Assembly (NCBI GenBank): GCA_051011235.1
Contig: JBPCUI010000245.1
Location: 1 to 43,150 of the forward strand
Length of the DNA stretch: 43,150 bases
From: Flavobacteriaceae bacterium
GTDB taxonomy: Bacteria; Bacteroidota; Bacteroidia; Flavobacteriales; Flavobacteriaceae
Reading direction: 5' to 3'
Within the stretch, counting starts at the first letter, position 1, and the number at the start of each line of letters is the position of its first letter. Shown here piece after piece: positions 8,593-17,644 of the stretch. Position numbers and translations under genes: made by a program. The notes beneath the pieces were generated by a model. The model was not told the DNA's origin. It made no database searches and saw only the letters and a list, made by a program, of their open reading frames with translations.

Positions 8593-9147
8593 CTACCGCA
8601 TTTGGGGGGTGACAAAACTCCCCTTCACCTCAATGATCTCGCCCGCTGAATTACTCAATTTTAACTGCAACCTTCCTGAAACCCGTCTGTTCTCAGTATC
8701 GCAGATAGTAATTTGACCCTGCTCGGAGAAAAATGGTAGTTCTCCAAAATGATCAATATCTGCAAATCCGAATACTCCTTTAAAGTCCCTGATAAAGCCA
8801 TCGATATTTTCCGTAACTGCGTAGTTCCCTGTCTTTAATGGATGACTTAATTTTGGATTTGCCATATAGAGATTTAAAAACTGGCCGTTGTCTTTTCCGT
8901 TTTTAAGAAGCTTTAAATTTAAAGTCGGGTAAAAATCTCCTTCACTGGAGACCATTTCTCCTGCTTCTATAGCCACTGATCCCTTTAAATATAATGTATT
9001 ATTACCTGATACCACTAATTCAAAGTTGCCGGGATTAGGTAGAATATCCGCCCGGTGCTCCGCAATTGGAATATAAGATGTACAAAGAAAAGTGATGGCC
9101 ATTAAAAGAACAAGGCCTAATGGTACAGCGTAATTTTTTTTCATCAT
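8593..9147 (-). CDS. hypothetical secreted protein (184 aa)
   Basis: It has the signal peptide MMKKNYAVPLGLVLLMAITFLC. I recognised no family. It lies 45 nt downstream of small ORF 9193..9342. Confidence 0.65.
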   Translation of the reverse strand: MMKKNYAVPLGLVLLMAITFLCTSYIPIAEHRADILPNPGNFELVVSGNNTLYLKGSVAIEAGEMVSSEGDFYPTLNLKLLKNGKDNGQFLNLYMANPKLSHPLKTGNYAVTENIDGFIRDFKGVFGFADIDHFGELPFFSEQGQITICDTENRRVSGRLQLKLSNSAGEIIEVKGSFVTPQMR

Positions 9148-9192
9148 TAACTAAATTGGGTGACTTAGAGGAAAGGAAAAGAAATTCTTAAC

Positions 9193-9342
9193 CTATTCAC
9201 TTCCTTGAGCCACTAAGTTGTCCTTTTGAGATTCTCCCTGGGAGACTTCTTCAATCAGGTCAACCTGTTCATCTGTGCCAATTATCGCTGCCGCCACAAC
9301 CGCTAGAACAAATAGTGCGAAAAATAATACGCATTTTTTCAT
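9193..9342 (-). CDS. candidate 49-aa secreted/anchored acidic peptide (MKKCVLFFALFVLAVVAAAIIGTDEQVDLIEEVSQGESQKDNLVAQGSE)
   Basis: I translated this ATG(9340-9342)..TAG(9193-9195) ORF by hand. It has a classical n-h-c signal region followed by a strongly acidic tail. It is preceded on its own strand by a TAATTTTG -7 box (9361-9368). Confidence 0.4.
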   Translation of the reverse strand: MKKCVLFFALFVLAVVAAAIIGTDEQVDLIEEVSQGESQKDNLVAQGSE

Positions 9343-9442
9343 CTATCAATACTTTAATTTCAAAATTAAAACCGATCATAGTTAACGGGGGAAATTGACT
9401 GGACCAAAATAGTTTGTTACGCTTGATGTACCTACGCGAATT

Positions 9443-9472
9443 GTATGAATGACATCATAATGCGTATGAATG
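9443..9472. promoter_or_regulatory. candidate LytTR-type operator: GTATGAATG - 12 nt - GTATGAATG
   Basis: Perfect 9-bp direct repeats lie at 9443-9451 and 9464-9472, with a 12-nt spacer. An 8/9 inverted copy lies at 9642-9650. The repeats sit in the divergent intergenic region next to the LytTR regulator. Confidence 0.45.
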
Positions 9473-9681
9473 GTACAAAGAAAATAAACTTAGAATAAGC
9501 AGGTATTAATTATTAATTTCTAAATCGTTATAAAAATGCTAACAATCTTCCAAGGAGCGAAATTTAGACTACCATCGGCAGAAAATTACTGTGAATTGTC
9601 ATTAACAAGTGATTTTGAACCACTTATACTCCTATTTCACCTATTCATACATATTTTATTAAGGACTCCTTTATATCCTTT

Positions 9682-9689
9682 TAATTTTG
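9682..9689 (+). promoter_or_regulatory. Bacteroidota -7 promoter box (TAATTTTG) for the LytTR regulator
   Basis: This is an exact TAnnTTTG match, 30 nt upstream of the ATG at 9719. Confidence 0.4.
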
Positions 9690-9718
9690 TTTAACTTTCA
9701 CTTAATATTGATTGATGT

Positions 9719-10462
9719 ATGCAAACGAAGTTAGAAGCGGTTCTTGTCGACGATGAAGAAAAGGCATTGCAAAGCCTCTCCTGGGAATTGACCAACTTTA
9801 GCGAAGAGATAGATGTAGTTGCTTCCTTTACCGATCCTTTTAAAGCTCTTGGCTACCTGGAATCCAATTCGCCGGACTGTCTGTTTTTAGATATTGAAAT
9901 GCCTACGATGGACGGCTTTCAGTTTATAAAAAAATTAAACAACAACGATTTTCCCGTAGTAATAACTACTGCTTACAATCAATATGCTATTAAGGCGCTG
10001 AAGAATGAGGCCATTGACTACCTCCTCAAGCCAATCGATTCGGACGATTTAAAGGATACAATTAATAAGATCAGGAAATTCAATTCCAGGATTTATACGG
10101 CTGAAAAACTGGAAAAACTCCTCTTAAATTTCAATTCCAAATCCATTAATAAAAAAGTCACATTTAACACTGACGGAAAGCTTTTATTTCTCGATAGTGA
10201 GGACATATTATATGCAGAATCCGATGGTAATTACAGCACTGTTTATCTTCAGGACGGCCAGAAGATAGTGCTGACAAAAAAACTTAAAGAGGTAAATGCC
10301 TTGTTACCCAGTGATACGTTTTTCAGGATTCACAACTCGTACATAATCAACTTGTCGAAGATCAAAGAGTTCTTAAAAACAGATGGTTATGTGGTACTTA
10401 AATCGAACCATAAAATACCGGTGTCTCGGCAGAAGAAGTCGGACTTTCTGGATCTTATCTAA
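9719..10462 (+). CDS. LytTR/AlgR family two-component response regulator
   Basis: It has a receiver domain (LFLDIEMPTMDG phospho-acceptor region) and a C-terminal LytTR domain (FFRIHNSYIINLSKI). Confidence 0.93.
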   Translation: MQTKLEAVLVDDEEKALQSLSWELTNFSEEIDVVASFTDPFKALGYLESNSPDCLFLDIEMPTMDGFQFIKKLNNNDFPVVITTAYNQYAIKALKNEAIDYLLKPIDSDDLKDTINKIRKFNSRIYTAEKLEKLLLNFNSKSINKKVTFNTDGKLLFLDSEDILYAESDGNYSTVYLQDGQKIVLTKKLKEVNALLPSDTFFRIHNSYIINLSKIKEFLKTDGYVVLKSNHKIPVSRQKKSDFLDLI

Positions 10463-10471
10463 GCGTGATCC

Positions 10472-12406
10472 ATGGTATTGCCTAAGGTGAATCTCCCGCT
10501 CTGTCTTTTTGCGATGTTAATATATCAAGCCGGCCTCTGTCAGGCCGATGCCGGGTCCTTCAATCGAACAGTAGATCATCTGATTGAAAGCACCCCCAAG
10601 TCCTTTGGTGAGATCAACGGCGCTTTGAAAGAGAATACCAGCGATACAATCCTGATGAACCACTTCCTGGAAAGGGCCATATCAATAGATTATTGGGAAG
10701 GCGCATCTTATGCTTTAAATCAATTAGGGGTTAATTATCGCAATATTTCAGATTTTGACCGTTCTGTTCAACTTCATGAGGCGGCCATGGATGCCGCAGA
10801 CAATGCTGAGAATATTGAGTTTAGGATCTACAGCCTAAATATGCTGGGAACAGTATATAGAAGGAATGACGGGATCAAAGCAGCGCTCGATTATCATCAG
10901 GAAGCCTTAAAACTAGCAGAATCTATCCCCGAGCCATCCAATGATATCCAGAGAAGCATTAATACGGCAATCAACGGGATTGGAAATATCTATAAATCCC
11001 TTGAGCAGTATAATCTCGCCATTGATTATTTCAGAAATTCACTGGAGTACGATGAGAGGCTTGAGAATTCTAGAGGGCTTGCGATAAATTATCAGAATAT
11101 AGGCGAATGTCTGGAGGCACAGGGCAAACTTGAAGAATCATTAAAGTATTATAAAACGTCCCTGAGGATTAACGAAAATGTAGGCTCGGAAAGAATACGT
11201 GTAGTGAGTAATTATGGCATGGCGCACGTTTACGTTCACCAGGATAGAATTGATAAAGCGCTGCTGACACTTGAGTCAATTCTTCCTTCGGCTGAGACAC
11301 TTGGCGACCAGGATATACTCTCATCTGTTTACATCCACATGGGCTGGACTCTTACCAGGCTGCAACAATATCAAAAAGCAAATGATTATTTACTACAGGG
11401 ATTAGATATTTCAAAGCGTTACAAGCTATTGAGTAATATTTCACAAGCCAACACCTTTTTACACGACCTGTGGGAAGAATTGGGTGATTACGAAAAGTCA
11501 CTCAGCTATTACAAAGCTGCCCAGGTCGCTAAGAGACAGATTTCCAATGATCGTAATCGCAGATATGTCTACGATGTTATTTCCCGTTCCGAGGCCGAAA
11601 AACGGAGCAATCAGATAGAGATGCTCGCTAAGGAGAACGAGATCGTAAAACTCCGTTTGCGCCGAAACAAGAACACGCTCCTGGTAAGTGCACTCTTATT
11701 AGCACTGTTTACCATCATACTGTATATTTTGTATAGACAGTATCAGCTAAAAAGCGATAAAAAGATGCTTACACTGGAACAAAGTATGCTGCGAAGCCAG
11801 ATGAATCCACATTTTTTATTCAATTCCCTTAATTCCATCAAGCTCTATATAATAAACAATGAAACTAAGAATGCAGTCCACTATCTCAACAAGTTTTCAA
11901 AATTAGTGAGGAAGATTCTCGAGGCATCTTCCCTTAAGGAAATCCCACTGGCTGAGGAACTGGAAACCGTTGAACTATACATGAATATTGAAAATATAAG
12001 ATTCTCCAATGAGATTAATTTTGATATAAATATAGACGAGGGTATAGATACACATGTGGTGAAGATTCCTTCACTTATCCTTCAGCCATTCCTGGAAAAT
12101 GCACTCTGGCACGGACTTTCCTCAAAGGAGGGTGAAAAATGTGTGTTACTTCATGTGAGCAAGGCGAAAAATGGTTTCATTAAAATCACCATTACAGATA
12201 ACGGTGTTGGTAGAGCAGAAGCAGAGCGTTTGAAGAACAGCAAAGTACTTAAACGCAAATCTGTTGGAATCGATATCACCAAAGAAAGACTTGACAATTT
12301 TTCCAAGGATTATCAGAATTCGTTTAGTGTGGACATTGTAGATCTAATTGATGATTCGGGTAGTGCATCTGGAACCCAGGTCCAATTACATATCCCCACT
12401 ATTTGA
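10472..12406 (+). CDS. sensor histidine kinase, LytS/YehU-type, with an extracytoplasmic TPR domain
   Basis: It has a signal peptide, about 370 aa of TPR-like repeats, a single TM helix (LLVSALLLALFTIILYILY), the His_kinase motif QMNPHFLFNSLNSI, and an HATPase_c domain (DNGVG). Confidence 0.9.
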   Translation: MVLPKVNLPLCLFAMLIYQAGLCQADAGSFNRTVDHLIESTPKSFGEINGALKENTSDTILMNHFLERAISIDYWEGASYALNQLGVNYRNISDFDRSVQLHEAAMDAADNAENIEFRIYSLNMLGTVYRRNDGIKAALDYHQEALKLAESIPEPSNDIQRSINTAINGIGNIYKSLEQYNLAIDYFRNSLEYDERLENSRGLAINYQNIGECLEAQGKLEESLKYYKTSLRINENVGSERIRVVSNYGMAHVYVHQDRIDKALLTLESILPSAETLGDQDILSSVYIHMGWTLTRLQQYQKANDYLLQGLDISKRYKLLSNISQANTFLHDLWEELGDYEKSLSYYKAAQVAKRQISNDRNRRYVYDVISRSEAEKRSNQIEMLAKENEIVKLRLRRNKNTLLVSALLLALFTIILYILYRQYQLKSDKKMLTLEQSMLRSQMNPHFLFNSLNSIKLYIINNETKNAVHYLNKFSKLVRKILEASSLKEIPLAEELETVELYMNIENIRFSNEINFDINIDEGIDTHVVKIPSLILQPFLENALWHGLSSKEGEKCVLLHVSKAKNGFIKITITDNGVGRAEAERLKNSKVLKRKSVGIDITKERLDNFSKDYQNSFSVDIVDLIDDSGSASGTQVQLHIPTI

Positions 12407-12967
12407 CAATGTACGGGCCGTTTCCTCCAGCTCGGCATACCATTTCTGACCAAATTTTCGAATTAGTGCTTCCCTTACAAATTGATAGATGGGTATTTTC
12501 AATTGATCACCCAGCGCACATGCCGGATCACATACCTGCCATTTGTGGTAATTAACTGCCGTTAATTTTGTGTACTCCCGAATACGAACAGGATACAAAT
12601 GGCAGGAAATGGGTTTTTTCCATTCTATGACCCCGGCATTATGCGCTTTTTCGATTCCACATTGGGCAATACCATCAACCCCGAATGCCACATAAGCACA
12701 TTGCCGCTTATCTACCAGAGGTGTTTCCCAATCTCCGTCATCTCCTTTAACAAAAGTGCCTTTTTCCTCAATCACTTTTATTCCTTCTTCGTGTAAAAAG
12801 GGTTTAATATCCTCGATAATCTCATTCAGGATTTGCGTTTCTTCTTCCTCCAAAGGAGCGCCGGCAGAACCATCCACACAGCAAGCACCTTTACAAGCAC
12901 TCAGATCGCAAACGAAATGGTTCTCCAGGATCTCCTCGGAAACCACAGTTTTACCCAACTCGAACAT
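12386..12967 (-). CDS. DUF3109 family protein (Cys-rich)
   Basis: The N-terminus ...FVCDLSACKGACCVDGSAGAPLEEEE is characteristic of DUF3109. Its 3' end overlaps the kinase 3' end by 21 nt. Confidence 0.8.
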   Translation of the reverse strand: MFELGKTVVSEEILENHFVCDLSACKGACCVDGSAGAPLEEEETQILNEIIEDIKPFLHEEGIKVIEEKGTFVKGDDGDWETPLVDKRQCAYVAFGVDGIAQCGIEKAHNAGVIEWKKPISCHLYPVRIREYTKLTAVNYHKWQVCDPACALGDQLKIPIYQFVREALIRKFGQKWYAELEETARTLSNSGDM

Positions 12968-13055
12968 GGTTGTACTATTGATTTGTAAATATAATTTTAT
13001 TGTCTAATACCATCAATATTTTGATAAATCTCTAGACAATATTTTACAGAAAATG

Positions 13056-13063
13056 TACATTTG
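13056..13063 (+). promoter_or_regulatory. Bacteroidota -7 promoter box (TACATTTG) for the MarC-family gene
   Basis: This is an exact TAnnTTTG match, 23 nt upstream of the ATG at 13086. Confidence 0.4.
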
Positions 13064-13085
13064 CCGCCAATTTTAATCAGCAGAT

Positions 13086-13661
13086 ATGAATTTCAATATC
13101 AAGGAGATCGCTACAGCAACCATGGTCCTTTTTGCGGTAATAGATGTGGTTGGAAATGTACCCATAATCATCAGTCTAAGAAAGAAAGTAGGGCATATAC
13201 AATCGGGTAAAGCCACCATTGTGGCCGCGATTATTATGATTGCGTTTCTTTTCGTAGGAGAAGAAATACTCGGCCTTATAGGAATTGATGTTAATTCATT
13301 TGCTGTTGCCGGAGCTTTCATCCTGTTTTTTCTGGCGATGGAAATGATCCTGGGTATTGCCATATACAAAGACGATGAACCCGAAACGGCATCTATAGTT
13401 CCCATTGCATTCCCATTAATTGCGGGTGCAGGTACAATGACTTCTATTCTGGCACTACGTGCAGAATTTTATGTGGAGAACATCATTTCGGCCATAATTA
13501 TCAATGTCATTTTTGTGTATATTGTATTAAAATCCTCAGCGAAAATCGAACGAGTATTAGGCAAGAGCGGTCTGAGTATAATTAGGAAAGTATTTGGTGT
13601 GATCCTCCTGGCGATAGCAGTGAAATTATTTGCCTCCAATATCAATCAGCTTTTTCAGTAA
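13086..13661 (+). CDS. MarC/NAAT (UPF0056) family membrane protein
   Basis: It is a multi-pass membrane protein whose N-terminus ATATMVLFAVIDVVGNVPII is typical of MarC-family proteins. Confidence 0.88.
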   Translation: MNFNIKEIATATMVLFAVIDVVGNVPIIISLRKKVGHIQSGKATIVAAIIMIAFLFVGEEILGLIGIDVNSFAVAGAFILFFLAMEMILGIAIYKDDEPETASIVPIAFPLIAGAGTMTSILALRAEFYVENIISAIIINVIFVYIVLKSSAKIERVLGKSGLSIIRKVFGVILLAIAVKLFASNINQLFQ

Positions 13662-13690
13662 ATTGATAAATCGTCTATAAAAAGGGTATT

Positions 13691-13894
13691 ATGAATAAAT
13701 CTGTTACTATTGTTCTTATAGTTTTGGCCATCCTGCTGATTGCATATAACGTAACTCTTCTTGATTTTGAAAATCCGTTTCAGGGAGATAGTACGGTTGC
13801 TCTTATCGGAATTTTAGCGGCCTTATGCGCCATTGTCCTTTTGCTAATTTTTATCACTTCAAAAAAAATTGAGAAAAAAGTGGGTAAAAAATAA
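13691..13894 (+). CDS. small two-TM membrane protein, hypothetical
   Basis: The 67-aa product has two hydrophobic helices and a Lys-rich tail. I recognised no family. Confidence 0.5.
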   Translation: MNKSVTIVLIVLAILLIAYNVTLLDFENPFQGDSTVALIGILAALCAIVLLLIFITSKKIEKKVGKK

Positions 13895-13948
13895 TGGGAT
13901 ATAAAATTCCAATTTACTGATACTTAGAGATATTAATATATTTCCTTA

Positions 13949-15334
13949 ATGAATTACCGTGCCTTTATCTTTTTCTTTCTTTGGACGGTATGCCTCTTTT
14001 CTCAGACCGAAACATATCTTTTAGATGTCATATCCGATTCAATAGTCATCAAAGAAAAGAGGGCGGAGAGTTTTGCCCTTTACCTCCCCGAAACATATGA
14101 TACGGAAACCGCTTTTCCTATCGTCTTTATTTTTGATCCGGGAGGCAGGGGTAAAACAGGGCTTGCACCTTTTATTAAAGCAGCAAAGAAATACCAGCTT
14201 ATCATCGTTTGTTCCAACAGCAGCAGGAATACAGCTTACGATGAAAATTTTGCGATTGCCGACCGCTGGTTCAATGACGTATTTACGCGGTTTAAAATAG
14301 ATCAAAAGCGCATTTATGCAGCCGGTTTCTCAGGAGGTGCAAGAATGGCCTCGGCAATCGGAGTAATTTCTGGCGCGTTTAAAGGAATCGTTGGCTGTGG
14401 AGCAGCTTTCTCGGGCACACCCGGACAAATGCCGTACGCAAGTGACCATTTTTACTACGCCGGCCTGGTAGGAAACCTTGATATGAATTACCAGGAAATG
14501 ATCAAGGCCGGTCAATGGCTCAATAAAATAGGATTAGCCAACGAAATCATCACATTTAAGGGTGATCACCGATGGCCCGATGCCAATGACATTGTAAGAG
14601 CGTTCGACTGGTTCCAATTACAGGACATGAACAACGGGATTCTAAAGGAAAATCCTCAATTTTTGGAGGCTTTGCTGCTGGATCGAGTCTCAATAGCCCG
14701 TAATTTTGAGCAAGATGGACAGCTATTGGATGCAGCGAGCAGCTATGACAATATTGTTGATGATCTTGGAAGATATTTTGCCCTGGACAGTATTGCGTCC
14801 AGATCCGCACAACTAAAGCAGTTACGGGAATATAAGAAGGCGGTCAAAGAACGTGATCATATTGCTAAAGAAGAAAAAGCCTGGAATGACAAACTGATAG
14901 GAAAAATCCGCGAGGAGATTGTTTATGAAGAAATTCCCGGCGATTTTAATTGGTGGCAGAAGGAGCTCAGGCGTTTGAAGGAGAACTATACAGAAAGTGA
15001 TCGTAAAAGTTACCAGGAAATGGGCAGGCGTATTCAAAGCGTGATTTTTGCTGTTGCAATAGAAAGCATGCAAGCATCTGCAGCCGGATACAATGAAAAA
15101 GAGGTGGATTATTACGCTGCATTGATGGCAGCGCTTTGGCCCAAAAATCCTTATGTTTTTTTCAGGATTTCCAGTAGTTATGCGTCTCTGGGCAAGAAGA
15201 ATGAAGCACTGGCTAACCTGGAAAAAGCAATAGACAAAGGTTGGGTGAACAAACAATGGATTTTAAATAGTAAGGCCTTCCGGTCATTAAAAGGAAACTA
15301 CGAGTTCGAGTTATTACTAAAACAGCTCCAATAA
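13949..15334 (+). CDS. secreted alpha/beta-hydrolase (esterase-like) protein with a helical/TPR-like C-terminal half
   Basis: It has a signal peptide, a GxSxG nucleophile elbow (GFSGG) in an esterase-like context (FIFDPGGRG...), and a helical C-terminus. Confidence 0.6.
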   Translation: MNYRAFIFFFLWTVCLFSQTETYLLDVISDSIVIKEKRAESFALYLPETYDTETAFPIVFIFDPGGRGKTGLAPFIKAAKKYQLIIVCSNSSRNTAYDENFAIADRWFNDVFTRFKIDQKRIYAAGFSGGARMASAIGVISGAFKGIVGCGAAFSGTPGQMPYASDHFYYAGLVGNLDMNYQEMIKAGQWLNKIGLANEIITFKGDHRWPDANDIVRAFDWFQLQDMNNGILKENPQFLEALLLDRVSIARNFEQDGQLLDAASSYDNIVDDLGRYFALDSIASRSAQLKQLREYKKAVKERDHIAKEEKAWNDKLIGKIREEIVYEEIPGDFNWWQKELRRLKENYTESDRKSYQEMGRRIQSVIFAVAIESMQASAAGYNEKEVDYYAALMAALWPKNPYVFFRISSSYASLGKKNEALANLEKAIDKGWVNKQWILNSKAFRSLKGNYEFELLLKQLQ

Positions 15335-15343
15335 AGCGGTATT

Positions 15344-16966
15344 TTAATTTTCAGACTCTATGATCTCCGTCTGATCCTGTACAATGGTAGGTTGGTCTAA
15401 TTCCAACACTTTTTGCAACATGCTATCCGAATTCGCTTTGATCTTGGCGTGAAGATTGGGTGAAAATAGCTGTTCTGCCAGTGAGGCCTTAAGATATCGC
15501 TTTATCTGCTCTTCATAATCGTAAAAACTCAATTTAATAGTGCTGTCAAGACAGAATTCCACAAACTGCTCGAAGAGGATGTCATCTATTCTGAAATTCC
15601 TTAAATATTCTTCCTGTGTAAGATCCTGGTACCTGGTTCGGTCTTCTTCCAGGTGCTGAAATATAAATCGGGAAATAAAACCAAGGCTGTCCATGCTCTC
15701 GATAGCCTCCTCCTCATTGGTGCCAATCGGAACAAATACATCCGGAATAATGCCACCGCCTCCATAGACTATTTTGCCTTTGGGAGTCGTAAATTTTAGT
15801 GAATCAGTAATTCTAATACTATCCACAGAAACAAGTTCCCCGTTGTGATAACGGTCTGTAAATTCCTGGTAGTAGTCCCTGCTCCCATTTCGGTAGTCCC
15901 TTTGAATAGACCGGCCTGTTGGGGTGTAGTACCTGGAAACAGTTAACCGGACTGCCGATCCGTCGCCAAGTTCCATTTCCCGCTGGACCAGACCTTTCCC
16001 AAATGATCTTCTTCCCACAATAGTACCAATGTCGTTGTCTTGTAAGGCCCCCGCAATAATCTCACTGGCTGATGCCGAGCGTTCGTTGATCAGCACATAG
16101 ACTGGTTTGTCTTCAAACCCACCTACCTCTGAGGCAAAAGTTTTCTCCACACTGCCCTTTTTGTTTTTTGTATAGAGAATAAGTTTCCCATCCTGAAGAA
16201 ATTCGTCTGCCAATTGCTCAGCTATATTCAGGTACCCGCCAGGGTTGTCCCGTAAATCGAGGGTAAGTTTTCTCGCGCCTTTTTTACGCAGGCTATCCAG
16301 GGCATCCTTAAATTCCTCGAATGTGGTTTCCGCAAAGCGATTAATTTTTATATATCCCATATCTGGGGTCAGCATGTAGTAAGCTTCAACACTTCTAATA
16401 GGAACACGATCTCTTCTGACTGTGATATCAAGAAATTTGTCCTCGGCTTTGCGATAGATATTCAAAACCACGGAAGAACCGCTATGTCCTTTGAGCTTAC
16501 TTACTATAATGTCGCTTGGGATGTTTTTGCCATAAAGCGTATCGGACCCGGCCTTTAGTATTCTGTCACCAGGTAATATTCCTTTCTCATCGCTGGGTCC
16601 GTCTTCAACCGTCCGAATTACGGTGATGGTGTCATTGATCATGTAAAAAGTGATCCCTATGCCTACAAAATCGCCTTTCATGTTCTCCGACACCCGATCC
16701 ATTTCGCTTTTGGGAATATAGACGGAATGCGGGTCGAGTTTTTCCAGAATATTGTTTACGGTAACATCAACAATACTGTCTGTGTTTATGTCGTCCACAT
16801 ATTCATAATCTATATAATCGATAAGCCGGTTTAATTTGTCTTTTTTGGAGTTGGTGGTAAAGAGTTTTTCCGGGGAATCGTTAAAATGAAGCTTGCCACC
16901 TACAAAGATTCCGATTGCAAGAGCCAATGCAATAATACTGGGCCATATGTAATGGTGTTTCTTCAT
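15344..16966 (-). CDS. S41 family carboxy-terminal processing peptidase
   Basis: It has a PDZ region and the S41 catalytic region (DLRDNPGGYL, ERSASASEI, FGKGLVQ). Confidence 0.93.
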   Translation of the reverse strand: MKKHHYIWPSIIALALAIGIFVGGKLHFNDSPEKLFTTNSKKDKLNRLIDYIDYEYVDDINTDSIVDVTVNNILEKLDPHSVYIPKSEMDRVSENMKGDFVGIGITFYMINDTITVIRTVEDGPSDEKGILPGDRILKAGSDTLYGKNIPSDIIVSKLKGHSGSSVVLNIYRKAEDKFLDITVRRDRVPIRSVEAYYMLTPDMGYIKINRFAETTFEEFKDALDSLRKKGARKLTLDLRDNPGGYLNIAEQLADEFLQDGKLILYTKNKKGSVEKTFASEVGGFEDKPVYVLINERSASASEIIAGALQDNDIGTIVGRRSFGKGLVQREMELGDGSAVRLTVSRYYTPTGRSIQRDYRNGSRDYYQEFTDRYHNGELVSVDSIRITDSLKFTTPKGKIVYGGGGIIPDVFVPIGTNEEEAIESMDSLGFISRFIFQHLEEDRTRYQDLTQEEYLRNFRIDDILFEQFVEFCLDSTIKLSFYDYEEQIKRYLKASLAEQLFSPNLHAKIKANSDSMLQKVLELDQPTIVQDQTEIIESEN

Positions 16967-16980
16967 GCTTTAGCGCTTAT

Positions 16981-17418
16981 TCAGATAACGTTTTCAGGGA
17001 TTGGAAGATGATGTAGTTCTATACCGGCCCGTTTGAGGAATTTCAATCCGGAGTCATCTCTGTACGCCGTTTGATACACCACACGCCGTATTCCTGCCTG
17101 GTGAATCAATTTACTGCACTCCCGGCATGGAGAAAGTGTTATGTAAAGAGTGGCTCCGATACTCGATTGTGTTGAGGAAGCCAGCTTGGAAAGTGCGTTT
17201 GCCTCCGCATGGAGCACATACCATTTTGTATAACCCTCTTCATCTTCACAAATATTCTCAAATCCGGTAGGTGTTCCGTTATACCCGTCTGAAATTATCA
17301 TTCGCTCCTTCACTACGATAGCACCCACCTGGCGTCGTTGGCAATAAGATAATTTGCCCCACTCATAAGCCATCCTCAGATAGGCTTTGTCGTACTTCTG
17401 CTGTTTGTCTGGCGCCAT
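16981..17418 (-). CDS. deoxycytidylate (dCMP) deaminase
   Basis: Zinc motifs HAEANAL and PCRECSKLI are present, and the 145-aa size fits. Confidence 0.92.
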   Translation of the reverse strand: MAPDKQQKYDKAYLRMAYEWGKLSYCQRRQVGAIVVKERMIISDGYNGTPTGFENICEDEEGYTKWYVLHAEANALSKLASSTQSSIGATLYITLSPCRECSKLIHQAGIRRVVYQTAYRDDSGLKFLKRAGIELHHLPIPENVI

Positions 17419-17644
17419 ATATTTATTTATTCGAAATCGTAAGCCTGCTGTAAAATGCTAAGATACCGGCTTTGCAAAATCATTACAACCTTAATCGGTT
17501 AATTTTTAATTAAAATCGATTCACGGTAATTAACACCAAAAATTGAATTGGAAGTTCGCTGTGATAGTGATAAATCAATTTATGATTATCGGGGATTTTC
17601 ATTAAGCCTTATTTAAATGACGAAGTACAATTTTCTCAATACCA

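Noticed and set aside
9536-9694. A 52-aa ORF (MLTIFQGAKFRL...LYPFNFV) lies on the plus strand just upstream of the LytTR regulator, in the position where Gram-positive systems encode a pheromone precursor.
   Set aside because: It has no signal or leader-like features. The composition looks like translated AT-rich DNA. The predicted -7 promoter box of the regulator (9682-9689) and the inverted repeat copy lie inside it.
12386-12406. The 3' ends of the convergent kinase and DUF3109 genes overlap by 21 nt.
   Set aside because: Short convergent overlaps are common in compact genomes. No structure or motif in the overlap suggests regulation.
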